NCBI GenBank assembly: GCA_012295275.1
Contig: CM022679.1
Span: forward strand, 5,828,001 to 5,892,000
DNA from: Chrysomallon squamiferum
Taxonomy: Eukaryota; Animalia; Mollusca
Reading direction: 5' to 3'
DNA: 64,000 bases
This document shows, in pieces, positions 51,754 through 63,728 of this stretch (position 1 is its first letter; every line of letters starts with the position of its first letter). A program made the translations under genes and the position numbers. The notes under the pieces were generated by a model. The model saw only the letters and a list, made by a program, of their open reading frames with translations. It did not search any database and had not been told where the DNA came from.

Positions 51754-52776
51754 CTGAAACATAAATATGTAACTGATATAAATATTCATTTAATTTCATG
51801 TGATTAATTACATTGTTAAAAATTGTTATTTGAAGTACATTAGTGGACATACATTTTATTCTTTTATTTTATTAACAGCTCATTTATTAACCAAAATGGT
51901 TTTCTTAACAACCTTTAACATTAGTAGAAAGAATATAAATAAATTAACATCTGTTTAGACATAACTATTTTTGAAATTAAAAAATTCTAGTAACTACTCC
52001 TTGTTGCCTGGGTTATAATCAGTTACATTCATTTCTGGGAACTAACTGGTTGCTATCCAGTTATTTTTGAAGAAAATATTTTTTGTAAACCCTATGCATT
52101 CCTCTTTGTAAAGTTATTGCAAACCAGCTGAAATGGTAAATCTAAATCTTTTACTGTATTAAGTAGGCCATTTAAAAAAAAAAAAAAAAAAATTATTATT
52201 TTTTAAAATTATAATATACTCAGCATCTTCAAGCTATTTTTTTTTTTTTTTTTTTTTAAAAAGTGTTGTTATTTTATCATTTCCTAATATTTTTCAACTT
52301 TCAACAACAATTTTATGATAATTATTTAATGTATCATCAATATAATATCAGCACTTCAGCTGGCGGCCTCTGTGAAACAGAATCTAATGCTAAACTTTTT
52401 TCTTTTTAATTTCATTATTTTAAAATGCTAGTAGCATATTACTTAATTATTATTATTTGAAATATGCAAAGTAATATGAACCATACATAATGATTTTCAA
52501 AAATATAATTAAATTTAAAGTCTTGCAAAATGTAAATCAACAGTTGTCGTCTGCTTGGTAAATCCTTTGTCTGCTTGGAAAATTCTCGGTCATGGTCACA
52601 AGATAAATTGTTTAGACAATAGTAAATTACTTACCAACTTTGTCTTTGTGTTTGTCGTGTTCAAAGTCCGTTTCGATGACTATTGAGTACTTGTCACTTT
52701 TAAAATTATCATTGTCGTCTAGTCGTGAATTGAAAAGTTGCTTTATTTTATACATAACGCTTTCGAAGGTAATCAT
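51281..52776 (-). CDS. DDIT4L: DDIT4/REDD1-like (RTP801_C domain; scylla/charybde homolog), about 204 aa; complement(join(51281..51753,52635..52776))
   Basis: Exon 2 encodes ...DVLRMSQDEPYGLRGCVLYINL...DPMKVATFELYLTLRED...GFILEKNKLYRS*, matching RTP801 motifs EPxGLRG, TFEL and KxKLY. Exon 1 (MITFESVMYKIKQLF...DKV) ends G|gtaagt in phase 1, matching the phase-1 acceptor tttcag at 51754. Confidence 0.9.
52635..52776 (-). CDS. DDIT4L: DDIT4-like first coding exon (47 codons + 1 nt)
   Basis: aaaATG start, open frame, donor TTG|GTAAGT, phase-compatible with the next exon. Confidence 0.75.
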
Positions 52777-53019
52777 TTTTTTTCTGCGCTGTTCACTTCG
52801 ATTGAAAAACTGAGATTCTCGTCTTTAAATTCGATGGTTGGTGGTCATTAACGATTAAACATATGCAGATTATCCTGCTGTCAAAAGATTTGATCTGTAA
52901 GAACTAGAAAACTTAGTTTTAAATATTTTAAAAGCTAAAAAACAGCAGCGTACAAGCACACAAATGAATCATCTACCGCTGACACAAATGAAGTCAGCTT
53001 CTATGTCAAAACCGGTGAG

Positions 53020-53215
53020 ATCAGCTGATTATATGCGCCGGTGTGGGTTCATTTGCATACATTTTCCTTATATGGGAGACATTTGTGACACACCTCCATG
53101 TGTAAACCAATCAATGTGTAGGGAATATCCCCAACCATCAAGCCGGCAACAACAGGAGGTCACGGACGACAGGTCGAAGGGCATGAATCAGCTGGACGAA
53201 TAAACATGCCTCCAA
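53020..53215 (-). promoter_or_regulatory. DDIT4-like proximal promoter
   Basis: TATA-like TATAA (minus, 53029-53033), octamer ATTTGCAT (53051-53058), perfect CArG CCTTATATGG (53066-53075), CCAAT (53107-53111), kB-type GGGATATTCC (minus, 53122-53131), p53 half-site AAACATGCCT (53202-53211); CpG retained. Confidence 0.6.
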
Positions 53216-53632
53216 GCACAAATTAGAACATTTTTTTCAGGATCTGATAAACATCCTTTGTTGTATTTTTCTTCTTTTTTTCTTTGAAGGAATATTTAGA
53301 TGGGTTTATTCAATATAATTTAGTAGATAATAGTAGATAATTACCAATAGGTCAACTTTAAAACGAAGAATAAGCTTCATTCCACTGTTGTTGGGATGTT
53401 GTTTTGTTTTTTAGTCATTATATCGTTTATTGATCGTTGCATATAGATCCGTACCTGTGCATTATATTTTTATTTAGTTGAAATCGAAAAGCCACAGTGC
53501 AAACTTTTAGCCATAAAATATTGTGAAGTACTAGAGCTGAGTACAAAGTAGTAGCTTTCAATAACTAATCTTTACCGAATAATTTTTTAATTTTTAATGT
53601 TTAATTTTTTCCGCTAATTAACAGATAATGTA

Positions 53633-53634
<2 letters not shown>

Positions 53635-53724
<90 letters not shown>
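53635..53724. repeat. Compound (TG)n(AG)n microsatellite upstream of the DDIT4-like gene
   Basis: Direct reading. Confidence 0.95.
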
Positions 53725-53729
<5 letters not shown>

Positions 53730-54859
53730 TATGCATTATAACTAAACTTGACAGACATTTTTAGAGGGTCATCTAAATGTAAGATACGTCTATATTTTTG
53801 ATTAATTATTATAAGTGTCTCTGAGAAATGCTTTTAAATTCAAATGCATCAGATCGAGTAACCACTCAAACATAATTATACACACTCGCATACTTACATA
53901 TATTTATTCACTGCAGCGTTTAGCATTACATTCTTGATCTTTCATCGACTTCCAAGCATTTATAAATAAATAAATAAATATCATCAGTAATAAATTTATC
54001 GACCCTTTGGAGAGTCCCTGATTTACATTGATTCCGAAAGTGGGTAACAGGGCCACGAGCCATTTGGCCCGTAAAAGAAACACACACGCTTTCACACACG
54101 TGCGCACAAACACATACACAAATAACACACACAGCAACACATACAAATACATAAACGCACACATAACAGAACATACACATTCACGCATACAACAAAATAT
54201 TAATTGCTAAAAACATATAGTCGTGTACATATACCCACCTACATATCCATATGCATATTAACCGATCCTACCTGTTTGTTTCTCTTCTCAGTCACGTCAC
54301 TAGCTTCGAGTTGGTTCTGTACATATTTAGCTGACATATATCAATGCACAGTTTTCTCGAAGAAAGTCCAAGGGATGGACAGCATCAAAGTTTAATATAC
54401 ATTAGGTCAGAGACTTCAAATATCTCCCTTTACTATCATTTTTCACGATTTCTTTCTTGAATAAAAATAAAATAAAATAAAAATATAATAATTGTACATT
54501 AGTCATGAATTATGTGAGCGTCCACAAGCGAATTCGCATGATGTTTTATTATTTCTTCTTCTTCTTCTCATATTTAAAAAGGCACACAGATGCTAAAATA
54601 CACGTTCACAGATCTATACACTCTCGCACGCACATGCATACACATGTAATCAAAGGGAAGTGTATATATTTGTATTTTATTAACTGTGTTGTAGTTTGTA
54701 TAATTATGAGTAGTGGAATTTACGTGTTTGGGCCTTTTCAACCACCAACAGTGTCTGGATAACCACTGTTACCTTCTTCAGGAGGGTTATTCCGTAACAG
54801 ATGACACCATTTCCCTCCCCCGATTTTGTAACATTTAAGCACAAATAAATTAAATGATT

Positions 54860-54913
<54 letters not shown>

Positions 54914-55481
54914 ACATCAAGGAAGAAAAACAAAAATAATACAGAATACTACACTTACCAGTCCACTTGGAATTTCCCTCTTAAAAAATAAAATAAAATA
55001 AAAAATAATTAAGCAATGTGTATTAAAGTTGCCACTGGGCCCGTCACACAAACACATATACACACAATGTAGGTACACAAACGAAACACGTTCACGTACT
55101 CGCACGGACATACAGGCAGAACAGCAGCTGTATCTTAATATCAACGTGGTGGCTTTTATCATCATACTGATAAACCTCCAGCAGTCACTATTGCTTCCCT
55201 GCTGTAAAATCCTGGTGTTCGTCACTGTGTCAGTAATTATTATAGTGATCCCGAAAAACTCATAAGCAGAGCATAAATTACTAGCCCTGATTCTGCTAGC
55301 TAACCTTGAGATATTGAACTATAGTAATACAAAATATCATTGGATTGAGTCAGGTTTCTCGGTTATGCAAAGTATTTCACACTTTCTCTGTACATAGCCT
55401 GTTTATATTTATGTATACTTACATGTCTTTCACATGTTTAATATTTTCCCTTTGCCTTTTTAAAAAAAAAAAAAAAAATTG

Positions 55482-55534
<53 letters not shown>

Positions 55535-58500
55535 CTGTTGTTTTTCATTTGTTTTTTTTCTGGGGTTTTGAGTGTGTGTGCATGTGGTTTGCGGTAACAT
55601 TCGAATTTTCCTCTTTTTTTTATTAAACTTTGATACAAAACAATAATAAAGAAAGAAAGAAACTATAACTCGTAAAAAATAGTAGCGTAATGTCTCGCCG
55701 ACACCCAATAAATTATACTAATATTTGTAGATTCGAATTATCGAATATTACCGAATGTTACCGACCGTGTCGGACACCCGCGTGCATGCTAAAACAATCT
55801 CGCCTATCTGCCGGCTGTTGCAGATCACGTAAGAGTATATTGATCCTTATTACACCATGTTAACATACATCACTCCAGCTGAGCAACGAGCTTTTACTAA
55901 TCTGTTGAGGTAGAGAGGTTCTACCCCTCTGGCCTTGAACCAGTTACGTAACACTGGACTAGACACTACAGGTACGTGCTTATCGGTATGTTCACAGATA
56001 CTATGGGAATAATGTCTGTTGTAAGAACTAAGCGTTCGTGTATACTTTATAAACTTAATTAAATTAAAGTTAATTTATAATAAAAAAGGGACCAGCAACA
56101 TATATATTTATGTATATATGTATGTATCTATCTATATATCTGACTAAATATACATACAGAAATTTATCTAGCCATTGTAACTGTATTTTGCCTCTCTAAA
56201 CTTTATAATAGTTTAAAACAGTTTATAACCATTGTAGTGTGTGTGTGTTTTTATGTTCCAAGGTAAAGGTGAATGTGTACATATTATTATATATTTTTTC
56301 CTTCGTTCTTTTCATTAACATTGTTTGATAACAGCTCTTTGACATTTAATTTCATCATGTGTTAAATATACGGTGTTTTATTTATATAAGAGAAGAAACC
56401 CACAACACACATTCAGCGAGTTTGTCATTAGAGAGCATCAATGATTTTAATATAATCATGTTCCCATACTATTGACAATATAATATACCACACTCTTTCA
56501 TAAATGAGTGAGAGCCTAGACGAGACTGGGAAATAATTATACAGAAGAGGATTGATTCAGTGACCTATTACAAACCTAGAGTAAAACCAGTGAATTATCA
56601 TTAGCATTTTGTTCTTTAACCCTTCATGTTTTTTTGTAACTGGATTTTAGAAAAACTTAGTAAAATTAACAATTTTACAGACAGGAACCCACACACTGAT
56701 TTTGATTTGCAAATTGTCTGAAACTGAAAAAGAAAAATTAGATCACAGTACCCAAAAGTAAATGACCTTAACAAAATATTTAGATATGCTTGGTATTTCC
56801 AGAACTCATGCTGCTTAGCCGATTTATTGGAAACCATGGTTTTCATATGTGAAAGGAAATTACAACACTAATGGAACCACCTAACTAATAAGATCTATTG
56901 TAGTGTCTTTAAAAGGTAGCCACAGTACAGAAGTTTTACTTAATTTCTGTTTCTTTCTTGACAGTCTTACAAGGGTACATAACGGGTCTAAATAGAAGGA
57001 ACAAGAGATTTAGTTCTTTTGTGTGTCATATTCTGCAAGCTTTTTAACCTGTTCAGAAGGTCAAACTGACCTCAGTATTTATATACAGCAGAACAATTCA
57101 GGCTACTATGGCATTTCACATACAGTTAACAGTACTGGTTTCCTATCTATGTGAACTACACTGCATCAGAAAAAAACAGTAATAAGCCTGATTTTCTATT
57201 CATACAATGTTTCATTCTATGTTTTTCTTTCCTCTTTCAGTTTTTTCGCTTTTATTTCCCAGAACAGTTTTGATATTTTCATTCTTCTTATGATGATGAT
57301 GATGATGATGCCTACTGTTTTTGTTGTTGTTGTTAATATTAATGAACTGATGTCTGTGGTCATGATGAACATGTCAGTTTTGTAGCTCAGTTTGCTGTTG
57401 TTAACTTAATTGTATTTACTGTTGATAATAAGTTAAATAACTAAAACTAATGAAGCAATAACTTTTATTTATTTTTTTTATTAATTTATTATTATTTATT
57501 TTTAATCAAGAAAGCTCTCCTACTTGTAGATATTCTGGCTTGATGTGTTGTTGATTTATTATCAACCCTTCTTGATTCATATTTTACAGAGATATTTTGG
57601 CTTCTTTCCATTTTCTGGAAAGTTAATATGAAATAATTCTAACTGGAAAGTAAATATCGGTTTCCTGTGAATGGGGAATGCATTTTGTTGTGGTTTTTTA
57701 AATGTTTGTACACAAATCCTCTTTAAAAATTTTTTTTATAAAAAAACAAAAATAAAACAACCACAAAAAACCCCAATAAAAAGAAAACTGATATAAAATA
57801 AAATGTTTATATTAAAATGTATTTAAATGTTATTAAACACTCTTACATTCTTATTTCCATGATTATTATCTATAAACAGTATTGAAACTTTGCTAATTGT
57901 CATAAAACAACAAGTATAATTAGAGGTTTTGTTATTAAACTATAGTTTTGTCTTGCCATAAACAATGATAAAGGATATCACCTGTAATTAACAGAAATGC
58001 AGCTGTTGTTGACACAAAATTTGCACACCTGAATAGAGATACTTCTTGGAGGATCATTTTTCCAATTAACAGGTGTGTAGTTTTATTATCCACATTAAAG
58101 ACTGGTAGATTTCTCTAGGGTAACAATTAAGTTATATGGAATATAAATACCTTGAAGAAATGAATAATAAATTTTTGTTAACTTTGTTTCTGTCATTAGT
58201 TTTTAGATGTTAGTATTCATCATTTCTGACATAATGATTAAATCTTTTTCTTCTTTTGATAATATAACATTTTTCATTTAGCAAAGGATTTGTTATATAT
58301 ATTTTCTTATTGTGTATAATAGCTATGCAGCACTAGTTGCAACAGGAAATGTGCTTTGGTGGACGGACTGATTCATTGATCATGATTTAATCATGTACTT
58401 GCACATTATGTACACCAACATATATAAGGATGTTATTTTGCATCTGATCATAAACATTTTTTATTATATAGAAAACTGTTTTGTTGTTGAATATTTCTTT

Positions 58501-58860
58501 GACCGAATTCTTTTAATCAATAGGGTAAACAGATCAATTTTTTTTTTTATTGAGTCCACGGATATGAATTTTAGATTATTATGACCACGTGATCTGCACT
58601 TTTACATTATTGTTGTTGTTGTTGTTAAATTTGATAATTGTGTCATTGCAAAAATCTGTCAAACATTAAACGCTGTCTTAGAAAATAATAAGATGATTCA
58701 AGTCATATAATCATGTCAGTGTAATAACATTATCTGAGTTCAGTTTAAAATAGCAAATATAAACCTGTCCAAATCTAGAGTGTTGATAATAAAACATCTG
58801 TTAATTAGCAAACTAAACATTCTCCTAAAAAAAGAAAAATTATATATATATATATATACA

Positions 58861-59595
58861 CAGTGGTACCTTGACTTATGAGTTTAATTCATTCCATAAC
58901 TGAGCTCATAATTCAATTTGCTCATATATCAAATCAGTATTCCTAATTGAAATTAATTGAAATACCACTGATCTGTTCCAGCCCTCCAGTAACCACCCCA
59001 TTTTTTTGTGACATGTTTTTAAATAAGAAAAATGTATGTATAAATGACAAATATTGTATAAATTACAAAAGAATGTGAAGAAATAAATTGGTTTTGTAAA
59101 GTGTACAGGGTCAGGGTTTCTCAATCTTTTCATGGACAGAAGTCCACAGCTTAGAAATTATTTTAATGCCTTTGGCTGGAGTTATAGCCTTTATCAACTG
59201 CTTCTGCTTCAGTATGGTACATATCGTAAAAGTACTACTCTTGTACTGCCTAGCCATGTTGACTCAAGCACACCTCGCTCATGTTTTTTATGATTTCATG
59301 GTTTAATTCAATCGACATCGTCCACTTCTTCTCAGCATTGTCCTTTGCACTCATTTTCTTAGGATCCATGGAAATTTGGCAAAATATTGCACAAAACTTG
59401 AGCACAACACAACAGAGATGTTTCCATGGCAAGGTAGCAATCTAAAGCAAACAAGTTAGATGTGGGATGCTGGGCAGATGTTGTGTTGTTTGTTTCACCA
59501 ACTACTAATGGCAGCATATCTGAAGCTTGCTCGAAAAACTTGTAAGTTGGAACAAGTAACTTGTAGTAAGTAACTTGTAAGTTGAGGTATCACTG
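58861..59595 (-). mobile_element. Internally deleted, decayed Tigger/pogo (Tc1-mariner superfamily) DNA transposon
   Basis: TIRs CAGTGGTACCTTGACTTATGAG (58861-58882) and reverse complement CAGTGATACCTCAACTTACAAG (59574-59595), 17/22 identical, in (TA)n context. Minus strand 59369-59117 gives a frameshifted CENP-B-type HTH transposase N-terminus: MDPKKMSAKDNAEKKWTMSIELNHEII/KHERGV/MARQYKSSTFTICTILKQKQLIKAITPAKGIKIISKLWTSVHEKIEK. Confidence 0.9.
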
Positions 59596-60124
59596 TATAT
59601 ATATATAATTTTTTTTTTTTTATAAGACAGTTAATTTCTGTTTGAACTGATATTGTTGGTGTTTAGCCTGGAACATCACATTAATTATATTGTTTTCTTT
59701 TGGCATAAAGTTTTTGTGGTTGCAGAAACACTGCAATATTTTATTAAAAGAATATACTACAATATTATCCTGACTTGGTGAATAAGTTTCACTGTTCATG
59801 CTACCAGAAAGTATGTCAAATGCTTCTGGTCTTGTGACCTTTTCTAGAAGTAACCACCAGATAAATACCACTAACTTAAATTGTTTATTATTAACCTATT
59901 ATTAATAAAATAGTTCCCTAAAGAAAAGAAAAAAAAGAGAAAGACACACATTTTAAAGGATTTAAAGACAGAACTATGGATAGAAGAATTTACTATGTAG
60001 AAAGCCCTGGTTGGAAACTTATTGAAATCATTATAAGAATATTCATCTTTGTATGAATAAAAATGATGAATTTATATATATATAATTCATTTGATATGTT
60101 GGCCCTCCTCCAAAACACTGCCTA

Positions 60125-60436
60125 GGGTCATTTTGTGTCAAATCATCAAAAAAAAACCCAGATATTTTAAACCCGACAATCTCAGATTTTTATGAAACTT
60201 GGTATATTTGTTTATTGGGATTGCACAGCACCAAATTCAAAATCAGACCAATAAGACCAGTGGTGTGGGAGATATAGCCCCCCAAATTTTCAGATTTTTG
60301 GCCAACCTTTGAACTCTCATATCTCAGGAACTACTGGGCCAATCTTCATAAAATTGGTATTGTTGGAAAGGCAACATTATAGCCGATGCCCTCCAATAGG
60401 TTGCTGACCTTTGTTTTAAATGGTAGGTTTTGACCC
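60125..60436. mobile_element. Non-autonomous DNA transposon (MITE-like) remnant
   Basis: Begins TA|GGGTCA and ends TGACCC (only 6-bp inverted ends). Internal ATGAAACTTGG and CCAATCTTCATAAAATTGG motifs recall invertebrate MITEs. Boundaries uncertain. Confidence 0.35.
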
Positions 60437-61424
60437 AGATTAAAGAAAATAAATTGGCTGTCATGGATACAAAATTATTTATGATAAACTTCACAAGTAC
60501 TAGTTGTTTTGCTGATATAGTTAAGTCTGCAGAGAGCCAAGTGATAGACCTATGACAGTCAAAGTGTTTATATCTGAATGAGAAAAACAATTTTGTTTAT
60601 AACATGGTTATGGCATTGGAGAGAAAACATTGCCCTCAAGTGTCTTCTTTAAACTATTTTATCATTAAGGTTGCTCGTGCAGTTTGAACCCACAAGTATT
60701 TTTCAATGAAAACTAAGTTTATAAAACTTACCTAGATCTTAGTCTGAGTGGAACAAATTGCAGGTTTTCAGACACAGATTTTTGGTTAACAACAAAATAT
60801 ACTATAAAACACCAACAACCACAGTTAGACCATTTTTATAAACAGAAGCAAGCAAGTTTGTTAGAAAGTAGACATTAATCTAACTATTTCTGCCAGTAAC
60901 TGTCTTCAAATTTGAATTCTATAACAATGATGAATTATAAAACTGTTATAACTTGTATATAAAGAGGAATATATATAAAGCACCAAACAACAACAACAAC
61001 AAAAAGATTGGAGGGAGGAAACTAAAACGTTACCATTGGATATGAATATATTCTGAAAAACTTTTGAAATGTTCCAAAGTTAATTTTTACATTTTTGAAG
61101 AATATATGAAGAATATATGATATAAAGTATCTGTTTCTGTATTCAGCTAAAATCCAGTAAATTCTTTATAAAATTATTAAAATTAAATGAAAATGCTAAA
61201 CTGTCAAGGAGAAATTTGGTGTATTAAGAGAAATTTTGTACATCAATGTTTATACTGATGAACTAAATGAAACCAGTATTAGTCAGGACCAGGATAAAAG
61301 TTTTTTAACATTATAAATTTATTTTTGACTTGCCAGAAAAACAAGGAATATTCCAGTGTGTGAAAACAGGAATATAGAATTATTCATTCCTAAAAACATA
61401 TATACACTAATTAACATACACTCA

Positions 61425-61456
<32 letters not shown>

Positions 61457-62231
61457 AATACATACATACATCCACAGATAAATACTTTCACCAACACACA
61501 AATGCACATAAATACATACACACATACATGCATAAACTAACATATATTAACATACTCATACACACATAAAAACACACACTCACACTCTCTACAGTGTTGT
61601 TTCAACCTATTTTTGTTTATTTGTTTTGTTATTTGTTTTCTGCCTTTTATCTTCAGTGTCAAACTCACATTGATAAAAAGGTTAATGTCCTATTTAATCT
61701 TCACTGTTTTAATCCTGATCATACTAATTAATGCTGAAGTAATGATTATTATTACCACTACCACTGCACCTATTATGAATTATGACTATTACTGCTATAA
61801 CTATTATAACTATGGCTTCAGCTTCTATTACTACTACTCATATCAGAATTATGGTTTCTACAAGTATTACTGCTATTGGTAAAACTACTATATGTTGCCA
61901 CTATATATAGCTTTCTAATTACAGCATGAATTAATTGAAAAAAAAAAAATAATAATAATATAAATTTCATTTTCTCCATTCACAGTATTCTGTTAGCTGA
62001 CAGTATTCTGATTCATTTTTATTTTTTACAAAAGATTTGAAATAGGAAAGAAACTGATTCAGCACAAATTCTAAATTATTTTTTCAATATTTCTTTATTT
62101 TAATAGACTGAAGTGGTTTTTCTACTGTTTTTATTACCACTACAACTGCTACTGCTGCTATTGCTGCAATTATTGTCAATGTTTTTGATGACATTACTGC
62201 TAATACTGTTATTCCTGTTTCAGTTGTAATT

Positions 62232-63049
62232 GTTACTTACAATACAGTTACAAATCTTTCCCACAACTTTCAAAAGCATCATTTTTGACTGTTCAGATTA
62301 ACACATTTTTTTTGGATAAAAATATGGTTTTGAGATCTAAATCGTTAGTTTCTCATCTTCTGCTTTCACTGAAAACTTCACTGATAATTCACCACAGCCC
62401 TTCTTCCCCAGAAAAGTGATTCTCAAAATGTATGGATTTATGACTGTTGTCTGTGTTTTGAGGCAACTGTTTTCAATCTAATTTTGAATAAAAAAAAGTC
62501 ATTATTACTTACAATACAGTCAAATCTTTCCCAAGCTTTCAAAAGCATCATTTTCTACTGTTTGAATTAACAAAGTTTTCTATAAAAATTTCCTTATAAG
62601 AGATTCTTAATTAAATTTATCCATGAGGATATAGTAAATGGGATGGTTGATTTATATATATTCAGCACATTTACATTGATAACGGTCAGTGACATATTCC
62701 TAACAGTTTTCCATCAATGAAAAAACACTCCCATGTAAGTGACTTTCTGAGACCCTTCTCTTTCTATACCAATTAAAATTTTGTATAAACTTTTTCAATT
62801 TCTATTTTATATTCTTTCATTTTTATTTCTTCTTCTTCTTCCATTTTTCTTTAACCTTTTTTTGCTTTTCTTTTTTCATTTTCTTATTAGACATGGTTTT
62901 GAGAACTAAATCTTTAGTTTTTCATCTTCTGCTTTCACTGAAAACTTGACTGAAAATATGCCACAGCCCTTCTTCAGCAGAAAAGTTATTCTCAAAATGT
63001 ATGGATTCTGACTATTGTCTATGTTTTGAGGCAACTGTTTTCAATCTAA
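62232..63049. repeat. Tandem segmental duplication (about 250-bp unit; second copy interrupted by about 300 bp)
   Basis: 62232-62480 aligns with 62504-62590 plus 62894-63049. Confidence 0.85.
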
Positions 63050-63666
63050 GTAACTTACCCGTATCTGTTGTTAAATAACAATAAACCTTAAACACACACA
63101 CTAGGTACCAGACCATTTATCTGAAAGTTGGATAAATCCCTGTGTAGTGTTGTTGTTTCTATTATCATTTTGTAGTTGTTGTTACATTTGCAACCGACAA
63201 AACACTAATTTAATTAATATTTAATCATCCCAGATAGGTTCACTGTCTCATGAAATGTTGGTCTGAAAAATAAAGAGTCAGTCACCTTCTTTTCTAATAA
63301 ACAATTATTATGATAATTACTTTTTAATGTCATTGACTTGTGTTATCAGAAAACTATTTTGCAACCAAGTGAGGTCAATCAAAGCAGTGAAACACACAGA
63401 ATAATTATTTTACAAACCATAACCTAGATTTTTTGAACTGCTTGAAATTAAAAGTAAAATCAGTTTAATTGACAAGTCAACCAATATGCTTAAATCGATG
63501 TGATTAAAAATGCATCTTTTGTGTTGTTGTTTTTTTGTTTTTTTTTTCCTTTATTTGTGATATCTTTTTATGTATGTGTTTATGTCAATAGGTTGAAAGA
63601 TATATATGCACTTATTTTTATTCATATATAGGCCTATATATATATGGATGTGTGTGTGTCTGGCTT

Positions 63667-63728
<62 letters not shown>

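Larger units (their letters stand above)
59800..63139 (-). pseudogene. Possible decayed leucine-rich-repeat gene (remnant about 70-80-nt exons)
   Basis: AG/GTAAGT-bounded segments 63059-63139 (DLSNFQINGLVPSV...) and 62513-62579 (LIQTVENDAFESLGK/LTVL) look like LRR exons but are disrupted. Confidence 0.25.

Noticed and set aside
51754-51850. N-terminal part of the 189-aa ORF (MSTNVLQ...)
   Set aside because: AT-rich intron sequence upstream of the acceptor; a phase-compatible upstream exon exists.
52964-53203. 79-aa plus-strand ORF
   Set aside because: Overlaps the GC-richer DDIT4-like promoter; no homology recognised.
55905-55932. let-7-like TGAGGTAG in a small hairpin
   Set aside because: Only the seed matches, and the hairpin is far too short for a pre-miRNA.
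57980-58030. LDLa-like peptide FCVNNSCISVNYR on minus
   Set aside because: Too short, lacks the acidic DCxDxSDE motif; likely chance.
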